A DNA stretch of 64,000 nt, taken from contig CM082584.2 in NCBI GenBank assembly GCA_040954595.2, positions 13,075,337 to 13,139,336 of the forward strand, given 5' to 3'. Each line of letters starts with the position of its first letter. Within the stretch, counting starts at the first letter, position 1. A program made the translations under genes and the position numbers. This document shows positions 1 through 14,014 of this stretch, one piece after another. The notes beneath the pieces are model-generated. The model ran no database searches. It worked only from the letters and a program-made list of their open reading frames with translations, and had not been told where the DNA came from. The stretch comes from Balanoglossus misakiensis. Taxonomy: Eukaryota; Animalia; Hemichordata.

Positions 1-3000
1 ATTTGGTCATTTTTTGAAAAAACCATGGGTTATAGCTCAGGAAAAATCGTCAAAATCGACGAAAATTTAGCGACATTCGCTGAAGTAGAATTTGGTCATT
101 TTTTGAAAAAACCCATGGGTTATAGCTCAGGAAAATCGTCATCCAAAAATCGACGATTTATCGACTTTGCGAAATTTGAAAATTTGGTCATTTTTTGAAA
201 AAAACCATGGTTATAGCTCAGGAAAATCGTCAAAAATCGACGATTTTCGACTTTGCGAAATTTGAAAATTTGGTCATTTTTTGAAAAAACATGGGTTATA
301 GCTCAGGAAAATCGTCAAAAATCGACGATTTTTCGACTTTGCGAAAATTCACCTTGAAAATTTGGTCATTTTTTGAAAAAACCATGGGTTATAGCTCAGG
401 AAAATCGTCAAAAATCGACGATTTATCGACTTTGCGAAATTTGAAAATTTGGTCATTTTTTGAAAAAACCATGGGTTATAGCTCAGGAAAATCGTCAAAA
501 ATCGACGATTTTTCGACTTTGCGAAATTTGAAAATTTGGTCATTTTTTGAAAAAACCATGGGTTATAGCTCAGGAAAATCGTCAAAAATCGACGATTTAT
601 CGACTTTGCGAAATTTGGAAATTTGGTCATTTTTTGAAAAAACCATGGGTTATAGCTCAGGAAAATCGTCAAAAATCGACGATTTTTCGACTTTGCGAAA
701 TTTGAAAATTTGGTCATTTTTTGAAAAAACCATGGGTTATAGCTCAGGAAAATCGTCAAAAATCGACGATTTTTCGACTTTGCGAAATTTGAAAATTTGG
801 TCATTTTTTGAAAAAACCATGGGTTATAGCTCAGGAAAATCGTCAAAAATCGACGATTTTTCGACTTTGCGAAATTTGAAAATTTGGTCATTTTTTGAAA
901 AAACCATGGGTTATAGCTCAGGAAAATCGTCAAAAATCGACGATTTTTCGACTTTGCGAAATTTGAAAATTTGGTCATTTTTTGAAAAAACCATGGGTTA
1001 TAGCTCAGGAAAATCGTCAAAAATCGACGATTTTTCGACTTTGCGAAATTTGAAAATTTGGTCATTTTTTGAAAAAACCATGGGTTATAGCTCAGGAAAA
1101 TCGTCAAAAATCGACGATTTTTCGACTTTGCGAAATTTGAAAATTTGGTCATTTTTTGAAAAAACCATGGGTTATAGCTCAGGAAAATCGTCAAAAATCG
1201 ACGATTTTTCGACTTTGCGAAATTTGAAAATTTGGTCATTTTTTGAAAAAACCATGGGTTATAGCTCAGGAAAATCGTCAAAAATCGACGATTTTTCGAC
1301 TTTGCGAAATTTGAAAATTTGGTCATTTTTTGAAAAAACCATGGGTTATAGCTCAGGAAAATCGTCAAAAATCGACGATTTTTCGACTTTGCGAAATTTG
1401 AAAATTTGGTCATTTTTTGAAAAAACCATGGGTTATAGCTCAGGAAAATCGTCAAAAATCGACGATTTATCGACTTTGCGAAATTTGAAAATTTGGTCAT
1501 TTTTTGAAAAAACCATGGGTTATAGCTCAGGAAAATCGTCAAAAATCGACGATTTATCGACTTTGCGAAATTTGAAAATTTGGTCATTTTTTGAAAAAAC
1601 CATGGGTTATAGCTCAGGAAAATCGTCAAAAATCGACGATTTTTCGACTTTGCGAAATTTGAAAATTTGGTCATTTTTTGAAAAAACCATGGGTTATAGC
1701 TCAGGAAAATCGTCAAAAATCGACGATTTTTCGACTTTGCGAAATTTGAAAATTTGGTCATTTTTTGAAAAAACCATGGGTTATAGCTCAGGAAAATCGT
1801 CAAAAATCGACGATTTTTCGACTTTGCGAAATTTGAAAATTTGGTCATTTTTTGAAAAAAACCATGGGTTATAGCTCAGGAAAATCGTCAAAAATCGACG
1901 ATTTTTCGACTTTGCGAAATTTGAAAATTTGGTCATTTTTTGAAAAAACCATGGGTTATAGCTCAGGAAAATCGTCAAAAATCGACGATTTTTCGACTTT
2001 GCGAAATTTGAAAATTTGGTCATTTTTTGAAAAAACCATGGGTTATAGCTCAGGAAAATCGTCAAAAATCGACGATTTTTCGACTTTGCGAATTTTGAAA
2101 ATTTGGTCATTTTTTGAAAAAACCATGGGTTATAGCTCAGGAAAATCGTCAAAAATCGACGATTTTTCGACTTTGCGAAATTTGAAAATTTGGTCATTTT
2201 TTGAAAAAACCATGGGTTATAGCTCAGGAAAATCGTCAAAAATCGACGATTTTTCGACTTTGCGAAATTTGAAAATTTGGTCATTTTTGAAAAAACCATG
2301 GGTTATAGCTCAGGAAAATCGTCAAAAATCGACGATTTTTCGACTTTGCGAAATTTGAAAATTTGGTCATTTTTTGAAAAAACCATGGGTTATAGCTCAG
2401 GAAAATCGTCAAAAATCGACGATTTTTCGACTTTGCGAAATTTGAAAATTTGGTCATTTTTTGAAAAAAACCATGGGTTATAGCTCAGGAAAATCGTCAA
2501 AAATCGACGATTTATCGACTTTGCGAAATTTGAAAATTTGGTCATTTTTTGAAAAAACCATGGGTTATAGCTCAGGAAAATCGTCAAAAATCGACGATTT
2601 ATCGACTTTGCGAAATTTGAAAATTTGGTCATTTTTTGAAAAAACCATGGGTTATAGCTCAGGAAAATCGTCAAAAATCGACGATTTATCGACTTTGCGA
2701 AATTTGAAAATTTGGTCATTTTTTGAAAAAACCATGGGTTATAGCTCAGGAAAATCGTCAAAAATCGACGATTTTTCGACTTTGCGAAATTTGAAAATTT
2801 GGTCATTTTTTGAAAAAACCATGGGTTATAGCTCAGGAAAATCGTCAAAAATAGACGATTTTTCGACTTTGCGAAATTTGAAAATTTGGTCATTTTTTGA
2901 AAAAACCATGGGTTATAGCTCAGGAAAATCGTCAAAAATCGACGATTTATCGACTTTGCGAAATTTGAAAATTTGGTCATTTTTTGAAAAAACCATGGGT

Positions 3001-6000
3001 TATAGCTCAGGAAAATCGTCAAAAATCGACGATTTTTCGACTTTGCGAAATTTGAAAATTTGGTCATTTTTTGAAAAAACCATGGGTTATAGCTCAGGAA
3101 AATCGTCAAAAATCGACGATTTTTCGACTTTGCGAAATTTGAAAATTTGGTCATTTTTTGAAAAAACCATGGGTTATAGCTCAGGAAAATCGTCAAAAAT
3201 CGACGATTTTTCGACTTTGCGAAATTTGAAAATTTGGTCATTTTTTGAAAAAACCATGGGTTATAGCTCAGGAAAATCGTCAAAAATCGACGATTTTTCG
3301 ACTTTGCGAAATTTGAAAATTTGGTCATTTTTTGAAAAAACCATGGGTTATAGCTCAGGAAAATCGTCAAAATCGACGATTTTTCGACTTTGCGAAGTTT
3401 GAAAATTTGGTCATTTTTTGAAAAAACCATGGGTTATAGCTCAGGAAAATCGTCAAAAATCGAAGATTTTTCGACTTTGCGAAGTTTGAAAATTTGGTCA
3501 TTTTTTGAAAAAACCATGGGTTATAGCTCAGGAAAATCGTCAAAAATCGAAGATTTTTCGACTTTGCGAATTTTGAAAATTTGGTCATTTTTTGAAAAAA
3601 CCATGGGTTATAGCTCAGGAAAATCGTCAAAAATCGACGATTTATCGACTTTGCGAAATTTGAAAATTTGGTCATTTTTTGAAAAAACCATGGGTTATAG
3701 CTCAGGAAAATCGTCAAAAATCGACGATTTATCGACTTTGCGAAATTTGAAAATTTGGTCATTTTTTGAAAAAACCATGGGTTATAGCTCAGGAAAATCG
3801 TCAAAAATCGACGATTTTTCGACTTTGCGAAATTTGAAAATTTGGTCATTTTTTGAAAAAACCATGGGTTATAGCTCAGGAAAATCGTCAAAAATCGACG
3901 ATTTTTCGACTTTGCGAAATTTGAAAATTTGGTCATTTTTTGAAAAAACCATGGGTTATAGCTCAGGAAAATCGTCAAAAATCGACGATTTTTCGACTTT
4001 GCGAATTTTGAAAATTTGGTCATTTTTTGAAAAAACCATGGGTTATAGCTCAGGAAAATCGTCAAAAATCGACGATTTTTCGACTTTGCGAATTTTGAAA
4101 ATTTGGTCATTTTTTGAAAAAACCATGGGTTATAGCTCAGGAAAATCGTCAAAAATCGACGATTTTTCGACTTTGCGAATTTTGAAAATTTGGTCATTTT
4201 TTGAAAAAACCATGGGTTATAGCTCAGGAAAATCGTCAAAAATCGACGATTTTTCGACTTTGCGAATTTTGAAAATTTGGTCATTTTTTGAAAAAACCAT
4301 GGGTTATAGCTCAGGAAAATCGTCAAAAATCGAAGATTTTTCGACTTTGCGAATTTTGAAAATTTGGTCATTTTTTGAAAAAACCATGGGTTATAGCTCA
4401 GGAAAATCGTCAAAAATCGAAGATTTTTCGACTTTGCGAATTTCGAAAATTTGGCCATTTTTTGAAAAAACCATGGGTTATAGCTCAGGAAAATCGTCAA
4501 AAATCGACGATTTTTCGACTTTGCGAAATTTGAAAATTTGGTCATTTTTTGAAAAAACCATGGGTTATAGCTCAGGAAAATCGTCAAAAATCGACGATTT
4601 TTCGACTTTGCGAAATTTGAAAATTTGGTCATTTTTTGAAAAAACCATGGGTTATAGCTCAGGAAAATCGTCAAAAATCGAAGATTTTTCGACTTTGCGA
4701 ATTTTGAAAATTTGGTCATTTTTTGAAAAAACCATGGGTTATAGCTCTGGAAAATCGTCAAAAATCGACGATTTTTCGACTTTGCGAAATTTGAAAATTT
4801 GGTCATTTTTTGAAAAAACCATGGGTTATAGCTCAGGAAAATCGTCAAAAATCGACGATTTTTCGACTTTGCGAAATTTGAAAATTTGGTCATTTTTTGA
4901 AAAAACCATGGGTTATAGCTCAGGAAAATCGTCAAAAATCGACGATTTTTCGACTTTGCGAAATTTGAAAATTTGGTCATTTTTTGAAAAAACCATGGGT
5001 TATAGCTCCGGAAAATCGTCAAAAATCGACGATTTATCGACTTTGCGAAATTTGAAAATTTGGTCATTTTTTGAAAAAACCATGGGTTATAGCTCAGGAA
5101 AATCGTCAAAAATCGACGATTTTTCGACTTTGCGAAATTTGAAAATTTGGTCATTTTTTGAAAAAACCATGGGTTATAGCTCAGGAAAATCGTCAAAAAT
5201 CGACGATTTTTCGACTTTGCGAAATTTGAAAATTTGGTCATTTTTTGACAAAACCATGGGTTATAGCTCAGGAAAATCGTCAAAAATCGACGATTTTTCG
5301 ACTTTGCGAAATTTGAAAATTTGGTCATTTTTTGACAAAACCATGGGTTATAGCTCAGGAAAATCGTCAAAAATCGACGATTTTTCGACTTTGCGAAATT
5401 TGAAAATTTGGTCATTTTTTGAAAAAACCATGGGTTATAGCTCAGGAAAATCGTCAAAAATCGACGATTTTTCGACTTTGCGAAATTTGAAAATTTGGTC
5501 ATTTTTTGAAAAAACCATGGGTTATAGCTCAAGAAAATCGTCAAAAATCGACGATTTTTCGACTTTGCGAAATTTGAAAATTTGGTCATTTTTTGAAAAA
5601 ACCATGGGTTATAGCTCAGGAAAATCGTCAAAAATCGACGATTTTTCGACTTTGCGAAATTTGAAAATTTGGTCATTTTTTGAAAAAATCATGGGTTATA
5701 GCTCAGGAAAATCGTCAAAAATCGACGATTTTTCGACTTTGCGAAATTTGAAAATTTGGTCATTTTTTGAAAAAACCATGGGTTATAGCTCAGGAAAATC
5801 GTCAAAAATCGACGATTTTTCGACTTTGCGAAATTTGAAAATTTGGTCATTTTTTGAAAAAACCATGGGTTATAGCTCAGGAAAATCGTCAAAAATCGAC
5901 GATTTTTCGACTTTGCGAAATTTGAAAATTTGGTCATTTTTTGAAAAAACCATGGGTTATAGCTCAGGAAAATCGTCAAAAATCGAAGATTTTTCGACTT

Positions 6001-7872
6001 TGCGAATTTTGAAAATTTGGTCATTTTTTGAAAAAACCATGGGTTATAGCTCAGGAAAATCGTCAAAAATCGACGATTTTTCGACTTTGCGAAATTTGAA
6101 AATTTGGTCATTTTTTGAAAAAACCATGGGTTATAGCTCAGGAAAATCGTCAAAAATCGACGATTTTTCGACTTTGCGAAATTTGAAAATTTGGTCATTT
6201 TTTGAAAAAACCATGGGTTATAGCTCAGGAAAATCGTCAAAAATCGACGATTTTTCGTCTTTGCGAAATTTGAAAATTTGGTCATTTTTTGAAAAAACCA
6301 TGGGTTATAGCTCAGGAAAATCGTCAAAAATCGACGATTTTTCGACTTTGCGAAATTTGAAAATTTTGTCATTTTTTGAAAAAACCATGGGTTATAGCTC
6401 AGGAAAATCGTCAAAAATCGACGATTTTTCGACTTTGCGAAATTTGAAAATTTGGTCATTTTTTGAAAAAACCATGGGTTATAGCTCAGGAAAATCGTCA
6501 AAAATCGACGATTTTTCGACTTTGCGAAATTTGAAAATTTGGTCATTTTTTGAAAAAACCATGGGTTATAGCTCAGGAAAATCGTCAAAAATCGACGATT
6601 TTTCGACTTTGCGAAATTTGAAAATTTGGTCATTTTTTGAAAAAACCATGGGTTATAGCTCAGGAAAATCGTCAAAAATCGACGATTTATCGACTTTGCG
6701 AAATTTGAAAATTTGGTCATTTTTTGAAAAAACCATGGGTTATAGCTCAGGAAAATCGTCAAAAATCGAAGATTTTTCGACTTTGCGAATTTTGAAAATT
6801 TGGTCATTTTTTGAAAAAACCATGGGTTATAGCTCAGGAAAATCGTCAAAAATCGAAGATTTTTCGACTTTGCGAATTTTGAAAATTTGGTCATTTTTTG
6901 AAAAAACCATGGGTTATAGCTCAGGAAAATGGTCAAAAATCGAAGATTTTTCGACTTTGCGAAATTTGAAAATTTGGTCATTTTTTGAAAAAACCATAGG
7001 TTATAGCTCAGGAAAATGGTCAAAAATCGACGATTTTTCGACTTTGCGAAATTTGAAAATTTGGTCATTTTTTGAAAAAAACCATGGGTTATAGCTCAGG
7101 AAAATGGTCAAAAATCGAAGATTTTTCGACTTTGCGAATTTTCAAAATTTGGTCATTTTTTGAAAAAATCATGGGTTATAGCTCAGGAAAATCGTCAAAA
7201 ATCGAAGATTTTTCGACTTTGCGAATTTTCAAAATCTGGTCATTTTTTGAAAAGAACATGGGTTATAGCTCAGGAAAATCGTCAAAAATCGAAGATTTTT
7301 CGACTTTGCGAATTTTCAAAATCTGGTCATTTTTTGAAAAAACCATGGGTTTTAGCTCAGGAAAATCGTCAAAAATCGAAGATTTTTCGACTTTGCGATT
7401 TTTGAAAATTTGGTCATTTTTTGAAAAAACCATGGGTTATAGCTCAGGAAAATCGTCAAAAATCGAAGATTTTTCGACTTTGCGAATTTTGAAAATTTAG
7501 TCATTTTTTGAAAAAAAACATGGGTTATAGCTCAGGAAAATCGTCAAAAATCGAAGATTTTTCGACTTTGCGAATTTTCAAAATTTCGTCGATTTTTGAA
7601 AAAACCATGGCTCAGGAAAATCATCAAAAAATGAGAATTTTTCGACTTTGCGAATGTTCAAAATTTGGTCGATTTTTGAAAAAACCATGCGTTATAGCTC
7701 AGGAAAATCATCAAAAAAATAAGAATTTTTCGACTTTGCGAATTTTCAAAATTTCGTCGATTTTTGAAAAAACCATGGGTTATAGCTCAGGAAAATCATC
7801 AAAAAATGAGAATTTTTCGACTTTGTGAATTTTCAAAAATTCGTCGATTTTTGAAAAAACCATGGGTTATAG
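1..7872. repeat. 87-bp tandem satellite array (~90 copies), runs off the left edge of the window
   Basis: Unit AAAACCATGGGTTATAGCTCAGGAAAATCGTCAAAAATCGACGATTTTTCGACTTTGCGAAATTTGAAAATTTGGTCATTTTTTGAA repeated head-to-tail. Copies are nearly identical to ~6900, diverge from ~7100, and the last partial unit ends at ~7872. Indels are frequent in the first ~360 bp. Confidence 0.98.
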
Positions 7873-8191
7873 TTGTGAATGATATCAGAAAGTGCGCCAA
7901 TTATGCATTTGTACTTGTAGCAGTGTGAGTAATATTAGATGATAAAAAGAAAAATTATACTGCATGCACTCAAAAAAAAACATTGTTAAAGACACCATTG
8001 CTTTAAAAATTTTCTTGCATTTTATTTCAGAAAACAATTACACAATTCATTATCACTGAAATTCTCATGATCCTAATATTAAAATCTCTTTTCTGTAACA
8101 CATTTCATATTTAAAAGTTACCAATGGGGCATAGGTAAATGTTTGTATGACTTCAATAAAATGTTTCTGCTCATTATTATATCTTTTATCA

Positions 8192-11145
8192 TTACACTGA
8201 GGAACATTTTCTTTTTTTCTTGTGTTTGACATTTTTTGGTGTTCTCTTTTTATGAATAGTCTGTGTGAGGTTTTTTTCCTCATCTTCCTTCTCATTTAAT
8301 GTTCTACATCTCCTTTTGTTCATTTTGATTCTTTCTGTCAGTCCGATAAATGTGGGCAACAAACATTCAATGGGGATAGGCGAGGGTGGTGACGATGGTG
8401 CGATTTCACTGACAGGCTGAGAACAATTCTCTCCTAGTTTGCTGATCTGTGAGACTTCAAAGTTGGATGTGTGATCTTGTCTGGTGCAGTCCATGATTAC
8501 CTCTCCACATTGATTGCTGGCAACGTCTGGCAGTATTGTCGTCCCAAGCATTTGGTCATACATAGGTGTGAGGGACAATGAGACATGTTTGGTTTCAGGA
8601 AATGTTTCAGGACTTACACTTGTATTCGCTTGTGGTTTCTCTTCAAGATTATCCACGATTTTTGTCTCACGGCTGCAATTCTGTTGTGAGCTGTTCCTAA
8701 GTTCTGTTTTATGCGTCCCTGCTATCCCAGTCTGTGTCGTTTCACAACTATGAGAGTAAGTGTCCTGTACAGAGTGGTATTCTGTTTCATACTGTGCTTT
8801 GGTTTTCAACATTTCACTTGTTTGTGGTGTTGCTTCAACAGTATTGTCATGAACACTCTTCTCAGCTGTAAATACATTATCCTCCATTTGCTCCACATGG
8901 CACAACGTTCTGCTGTCTTCACTCATTTCCGGCAAAACAGACGCAAAGCAAGGATCAATGTCTGCCACAAATCTGCCATTCCATTCATGTGTGTTAAACG
9001 CAGCGCTGCGACCAAAATCGTCCGAGTCATCCTGGAAATCATCCCATCTCTCCAAAGTCTCCATCACTCTGGCAACACAACTGCCTAGTTCAATGCCTTC
9101 ACTTGAGTGTCCATCTTGATTTTGCAGATCATCCTCTTCTGACGTTTTTGGCAGTGTAGTTCTTTCTTTTTCTGAAACCACATCTTTTTCAGTGTTCTTT
9201 AGCTTGGCATTGTTAGTCAAACCTTCTCCTGCTGTCAGACATGCACCGATCAATCTAGGGGGACCTTCAATACGTGGACGTTTCGCAAAGGGGGAAACAA
9301 GCAATATTTCATTCAACCTGTAGAGAGAAAGAAAAAGATAAGAGATAAGATATATGACATCACAATATATATAATGATGAGCAATGATAAACAAGTCGAC
9401 AAAAATCTCATATTTCAAAGATCTCCCAAGCTGTCTGAAAATGTAACTAATACAAAATATGATGCATTAGGTGAATTTCTTACCCTAGGGCCATGTTCTT
9501 ATTCATGAACTCTGACTGAAACTGCTCCAAACTTGGCAACTTTTCTATCATCAAATCAACTTTTGAGTAATTGCTGTCTTGACTGGCATACGCTCGGTGT
9601 GTGTCTGTCTGCAAGTGGGCTGCCAGGTCATCACATCGAACCAAACAACATTCGCAGTATCCAACTGGTTTGCTTTCTCGTACAGCTATGCCAGGTGTAG
9701 TCGTGGTAACATCTTCACCTTTGCCACGGCGACGGGAGGAATACCTGCGCCTCGGTTTGATCAGGCAAACTTTTGGCCAGCCTCCCTTACCAATCTGCCA
9801 ATATGATGGCTTGAACATACTGTTAAGAAAAGAAACAAAATGGTTTGAATATAATATTAAGGACAACTTTCTATAACGGATAGATTTTCTAGACAGTTTT
9901 CACTGAAAGATTCTTATAGCTTCATGCGATGAAAATGTGCATAGGAAAACAACAAAAATCATGAGCACAACTAACCTGCCATGGTCTTCAAATTTGATGT
10001 ATGGCTCTCTTAAAGTCCTTGGGCGTGGTTTCTTAGCATCGGCTATCCAAAGCTTAAACTCCTCCAGTAGGACGATCTTCACACCCCATGCTTTGGCGTT
10101 GGCTAATACATCAGTGCCACCAGCACTGCTGCGATATACAGCCTTCTGAAGAAGCAGTTTGCCGCGAGTCAGTGTTGTATAAGCTGGTGATTCTGAAGAA
10201 CCAGGGCTTGGAGAAGTGCTGATGTTGTCTGAATGTGGGCTTTGACCTGGTGATGAACACAGTGTTGATGTTTCCTTGCTGCTGCTGGTACGATCGGTCA
10301 CGACATAATTTACGGATTTGCTGAGAAAGCTTTCCACAACCTGAATTTTGAAAACAGAAAACTTGCATCGTAAATTCCATGTTCAACAGATGATGTCATC
10401 AGCTAATCCAAAGCTATTGTTTTACGATCAGTAGTCTATAACAAATGTGAATTTTTTTCAATAACTCACTTACCCCGCCTAATTCTTGAATGTCCTTCTC
10501 CATCAAACCAATTTTGTTAAAAGAACATTTCAAATACAGGTAGAAGGATTTTCCTGCCAAAGGTTTCTCATCCATGGTCAACTTTCTTCGGGCTTTTAAA
10601 GGTGTTCCATTCGACCCTACAGAAAATAATAGAAATGTTATCCTTCATGACAGATTACATGTACAGTCATGTTTACCAAATGCAATTTTTTTCTACTCCG
10701 GAAAGCATGCTAATATACCCAGTACATGTACTCCACTTGTCAACATATCATGGCAACCGTTGCTAATAGCAATTGAATCAGATATCACCATAACCAAAGA
10801 CAAACTAAGGGTTTAAATCTAATCACTGTAACAAGTCAGTGACATGGACAGCACTAGTTACTTTGATCACACTGGTCCGAAATCCTTAGCAGGCTACATC
10901 ATAATAATGGTCATAGCCTGTGATCATGAATGTTTAAAACGGAAATGACCGTCGCATATACATGAGGGGTAACTGTTTACAGTAATATACACGCAATCGA
11001 CGCAGGACATGGTTAACTTCCGAGTTGCATGCGAAAAAATATGACAAATCGTTCAATGTAGTCAACGATTACACTTGTATGAATTCATATGAGCTCGATA
11101 GTACTTACGTTCGCGTCCCCGATCATTGTTCAGTAGAGGAGCCAT
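8192..11145 (-). CDS. DBF4: DBF4/ASK-type Cdc7 kinase regulatory subunit, ~668 aa, 5 exons
   Basis: Exons 11145-11109, 10616-10474, 10340-9976, 9819-9484, 9317-8192, all GT-AG and frame-consistent (2007 nt). BRCT-like motif N KPLAGKSFYL..EKDIQELGGVVESFLSKSVNYVVT; TRGKLLLQKA and DVLANAKAWGVKI; motif M LREPYIKFEDHGSMFKP; motif C zinc finger GYCECCLVRCDDLAAHLQTDTH. Confidence 0.93.
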
Positions 11146-11160
11146 TGTTGACACAATTCA

Positions 11161-11480
11161 AGATGGGCGCCAGTTTTAAATCACGAAATCGACTCCTTCA
11201 GTAAAACGGGAAGACATCCATTCATTGGCGTAGTTCCACGATCATTATCGGGTTTTATCGCCCAGTGAACTAAGCTCAACCGATAAGTATAGTCAGTGAC
11301 CTGATATATCTGCAAAATTCTCAGAAAATCACACACAAATTCCGCAGAGCTGACAAACAATGTGGTTGCATATGGCCAGTGCTAATGTACATTTCAATGC
11401 GCTTTTCATTAATATTCAGTAGCAGTAGGTAATTAGCATATCGAATATTAGCATTTGAGCTACGCCCACTGATGACGTCA
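11161..11480 (-). promoter_or_regulatory. Putative DBF4 proximal promoter
   Basis: CpG-richer stretch directly upstream of the ATG. Minus strand reads TTTAAAACTGGCGCCCATC (E2F/CDE-CHR-like) at ~11162-11180. Palindromic CRE TGACGTCA at 11473-11480. Motif matches only. Confidence 0.35.
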
Positions 11481-13479
11481 CATATCAAAAGCAGTACAGT
11501 GAGGTCCGTAACTATGCATTATTATAGCGCACCATCCACTAGCAAGAGACGGACTGCAAGAAATATTGTGTGCCAAACTTTTTATTTGCAAATTATATGT
11601 GATTTATTTACTTCTGAAGGTAAAACAAGAATATGCATGAGATGTAAATAGACCTTTACTCAACAACACTTTGAAAAAGTCGCAGAAGTCTAAATGATTA
11701 ACAATAATCCACAGGTAATTACATGAAACTACATCAGAAAATAAACCTATTAAACTTATACCATATTTCTTACAAATCTGTACCATGTACAAAGGGGGTC
11801 ATTTACAAATTTGTACAAACTAGAATAGAAAGTTCGGTCCAAGAAAAGAGAACAGAGGTCATCACATTCCACAATGTATTTTTCCATGGATTTGCATGTG
11901 ATAATTTCCTTCACATTTGATGTTTATCAGACTATTATGGATACTGTTGAGGGAAATAATTTTAATCGTCAAAAGCTGGGATCCTCTTTATGTTAAACTA
12001 ACAGGCTTTATAAAAGACAACATACTTAATTTTGGATAGACAATGATATTCTGCATACAGCACAAGAAATAAACATTAAAACTTGGGAGTCTCTGCAGAG
12101 ATTTTTTCCACTTTATAATGTCAGTGTCACAAGTGCACATCCATCATACATGCAATTGCCACTAGATGCCGATATTGACTCACCCCCACCCCCTCTACTC
12201 CAATTCACAGGACCAACAATGTACAGTGCCACTATACAACCTCGAAAAGTCTCATCACAAAATGGCAAGCTTGGAAAGATCTACGCTCTGTATGGAAGAA
12301 ATATTTCTCTTCTTGATTACTACTTTGTTTAAAAATTACCACATAGCACCATTATTTATTTCATACAAAATAGTGGTTGGGAAGCTGACATGTTAGAAAC
12401 TGGCTTTCAACATTTTTGAAAACGGGAAGGATTTAGTATTTCAAGGCTGGCGACGAGAATAGTTGTCCTGGCTTTGAATTCAAATTCATCAGGGCTAGAC
12501 TTAGAAAATGGTGTATGGATAGAAGTATTAAACCCTGGAACACATACACGATTGGTATTATTGGTCTACAGAATTGAACAATTATCATGTCATCCAACTG
12601 GATTTGTCAGAAAATTCTCTAACTGTGATGCTTGGACCCCATAAAACTGAAACTGAGTTGCATTTGACTGACAAAAGGCACTTGTAACTTTCTTTGCTAG
12701 ACATATCTTACCAGAACACCATCCAAATATGCTGATCTTTGTCATTCATGACAGATTGAAAACAAAATTACTGAAGGAAAACAAAACAAAACAGAACTTA
12801 AACTTAACAATACCATCTAATTTCACGGAGGAAAAACTTTAAAACAGTGTCAAACAAAACCAACAGTAACAAATTGAAGTAAAGACACAAATAGCAAATA
12901 GTACAGAACTACTTTCATTGTCAAATGATCTGTGTACAGAGAAGTCTACAATTTGATGCACAAGTATTGAACTTTATATACCTTCCCGTTTCTTCTTTCA
13001 AGTAAGAAAAACTTGTTGACACAAAATATAAATCACCAGAAAAAGAAAACAAAGCAAAAAATGAAATACAGTTTAACATCTACAGAAGAAAATATTATTC
13101 TTCATGAAAAGAGCATCTAACCTTACAATCATTTGATCACCACAAATATGTGAATGCTGCCTTATAACTTAAAAGAACTTTGTAAATAATCTTCATGGAC
13201 TCCACAGAAGCCCAATTCACGTTTTTTTTCTTCTTCTTCAAAACTCATGTTATAGTCTGCTCACAAAAAATATTTTCAATTCATATACTCCAACTACATT
13301 TCAGTGTATACTCAGTTCAACATTACCAGATATATTTCATTTTTTTAACTGGTTTATCTAACATCACTTGGTGGTCAGCTTTTCCACTGCAGTTTAGAAA
13401 ATCAAATATTTCATAGATCACAAAGTTTTGGTTGCAAATCTCTTTGTAAAGAATATGCCTCAGTATGGACTTTTACTGA

Positions 13480-13514
13480 CCATTAGAAAACAATGGGTTT
13501 GGTGAAAGGGTTAA
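13480..13514. mobile_element. Partial/deleted copy of the same piggyBac-like MITE (right end)
   Basis: CCATTAGAAAACAATGGGTTTGGTGAAAGGGTTAA shares AGAAAACAATGGGTTTGG and the GTGAAAGGGTTAA terminus with 14059-14107. Confidence 0.55.
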
Positions 13515-14014
13515 GGAAAGTGAAGTCCAGTGGTATTTTTCAATTTTGCATTTCCTGCCTGATTCCATCATTTCTCTGAATTTATAAACAACTTTTTGTT
13601 CAATTTGGCCACACAATTTCTGTCATTTGTAGAGAAAAGATCTGAGACCAAGATTGAGATTGAGAATAAACCAATACAAAGGAAATGATTGACTTTTTTT
13701 TAAATCCAAATTTTTGATACTGGTCCAAAGGGTGGAACAATTTGACAACTTCAAAAACAAGATGCTTCCATCTTCATGACAGTTCTAATGAATGAAAACT
13801 TCAACGACAATTTGATAAGTAATCTCTTGGAAATCAATGGCTGGTATCTGTCTCCATTCTCTTGTGTGAGAATATTCTAGGAAAAATCTATGTTGAGCTT
13901 TGCAAGATCTGGCAATATTGCAGCAATCAAAAATCAAGGTTTGAATTCACACCCTCATATTCATTGATCAGTTCCCAATTTTTTTTTTGCGCAATCTAAT
14001 TTTTTTTTTACACA

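Noticed and set aside
1-360. Apparently diverged left-edge monomers as biological variants
   Set aside because: Scattered indels near the sequence start look like low-coverage consensus errors at a contig end; this cannot be verified here.
291-7828. Long repeat-protein ORFs on both strands of the satellite (up to 1234 aa)
   Set aside because: They follow from an 87-bp (29-codon) unit that lacks stops. Frames shift at homopolymer indels and variants show no synonymous bias.
1-7872. CRISPR array interpretation
   Set aside because: There are no unique spacers, units are contiguous, there are no cas genes, and the context is eukaryotic.
9318-9418. Hydrophobic N-terminus of ORF 8192..9418 as a signal or TM peptide
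   Set aside because: It is translated intron and polypyrimidine tract upstream of the DBF4 last-exon acceptor at 9317.
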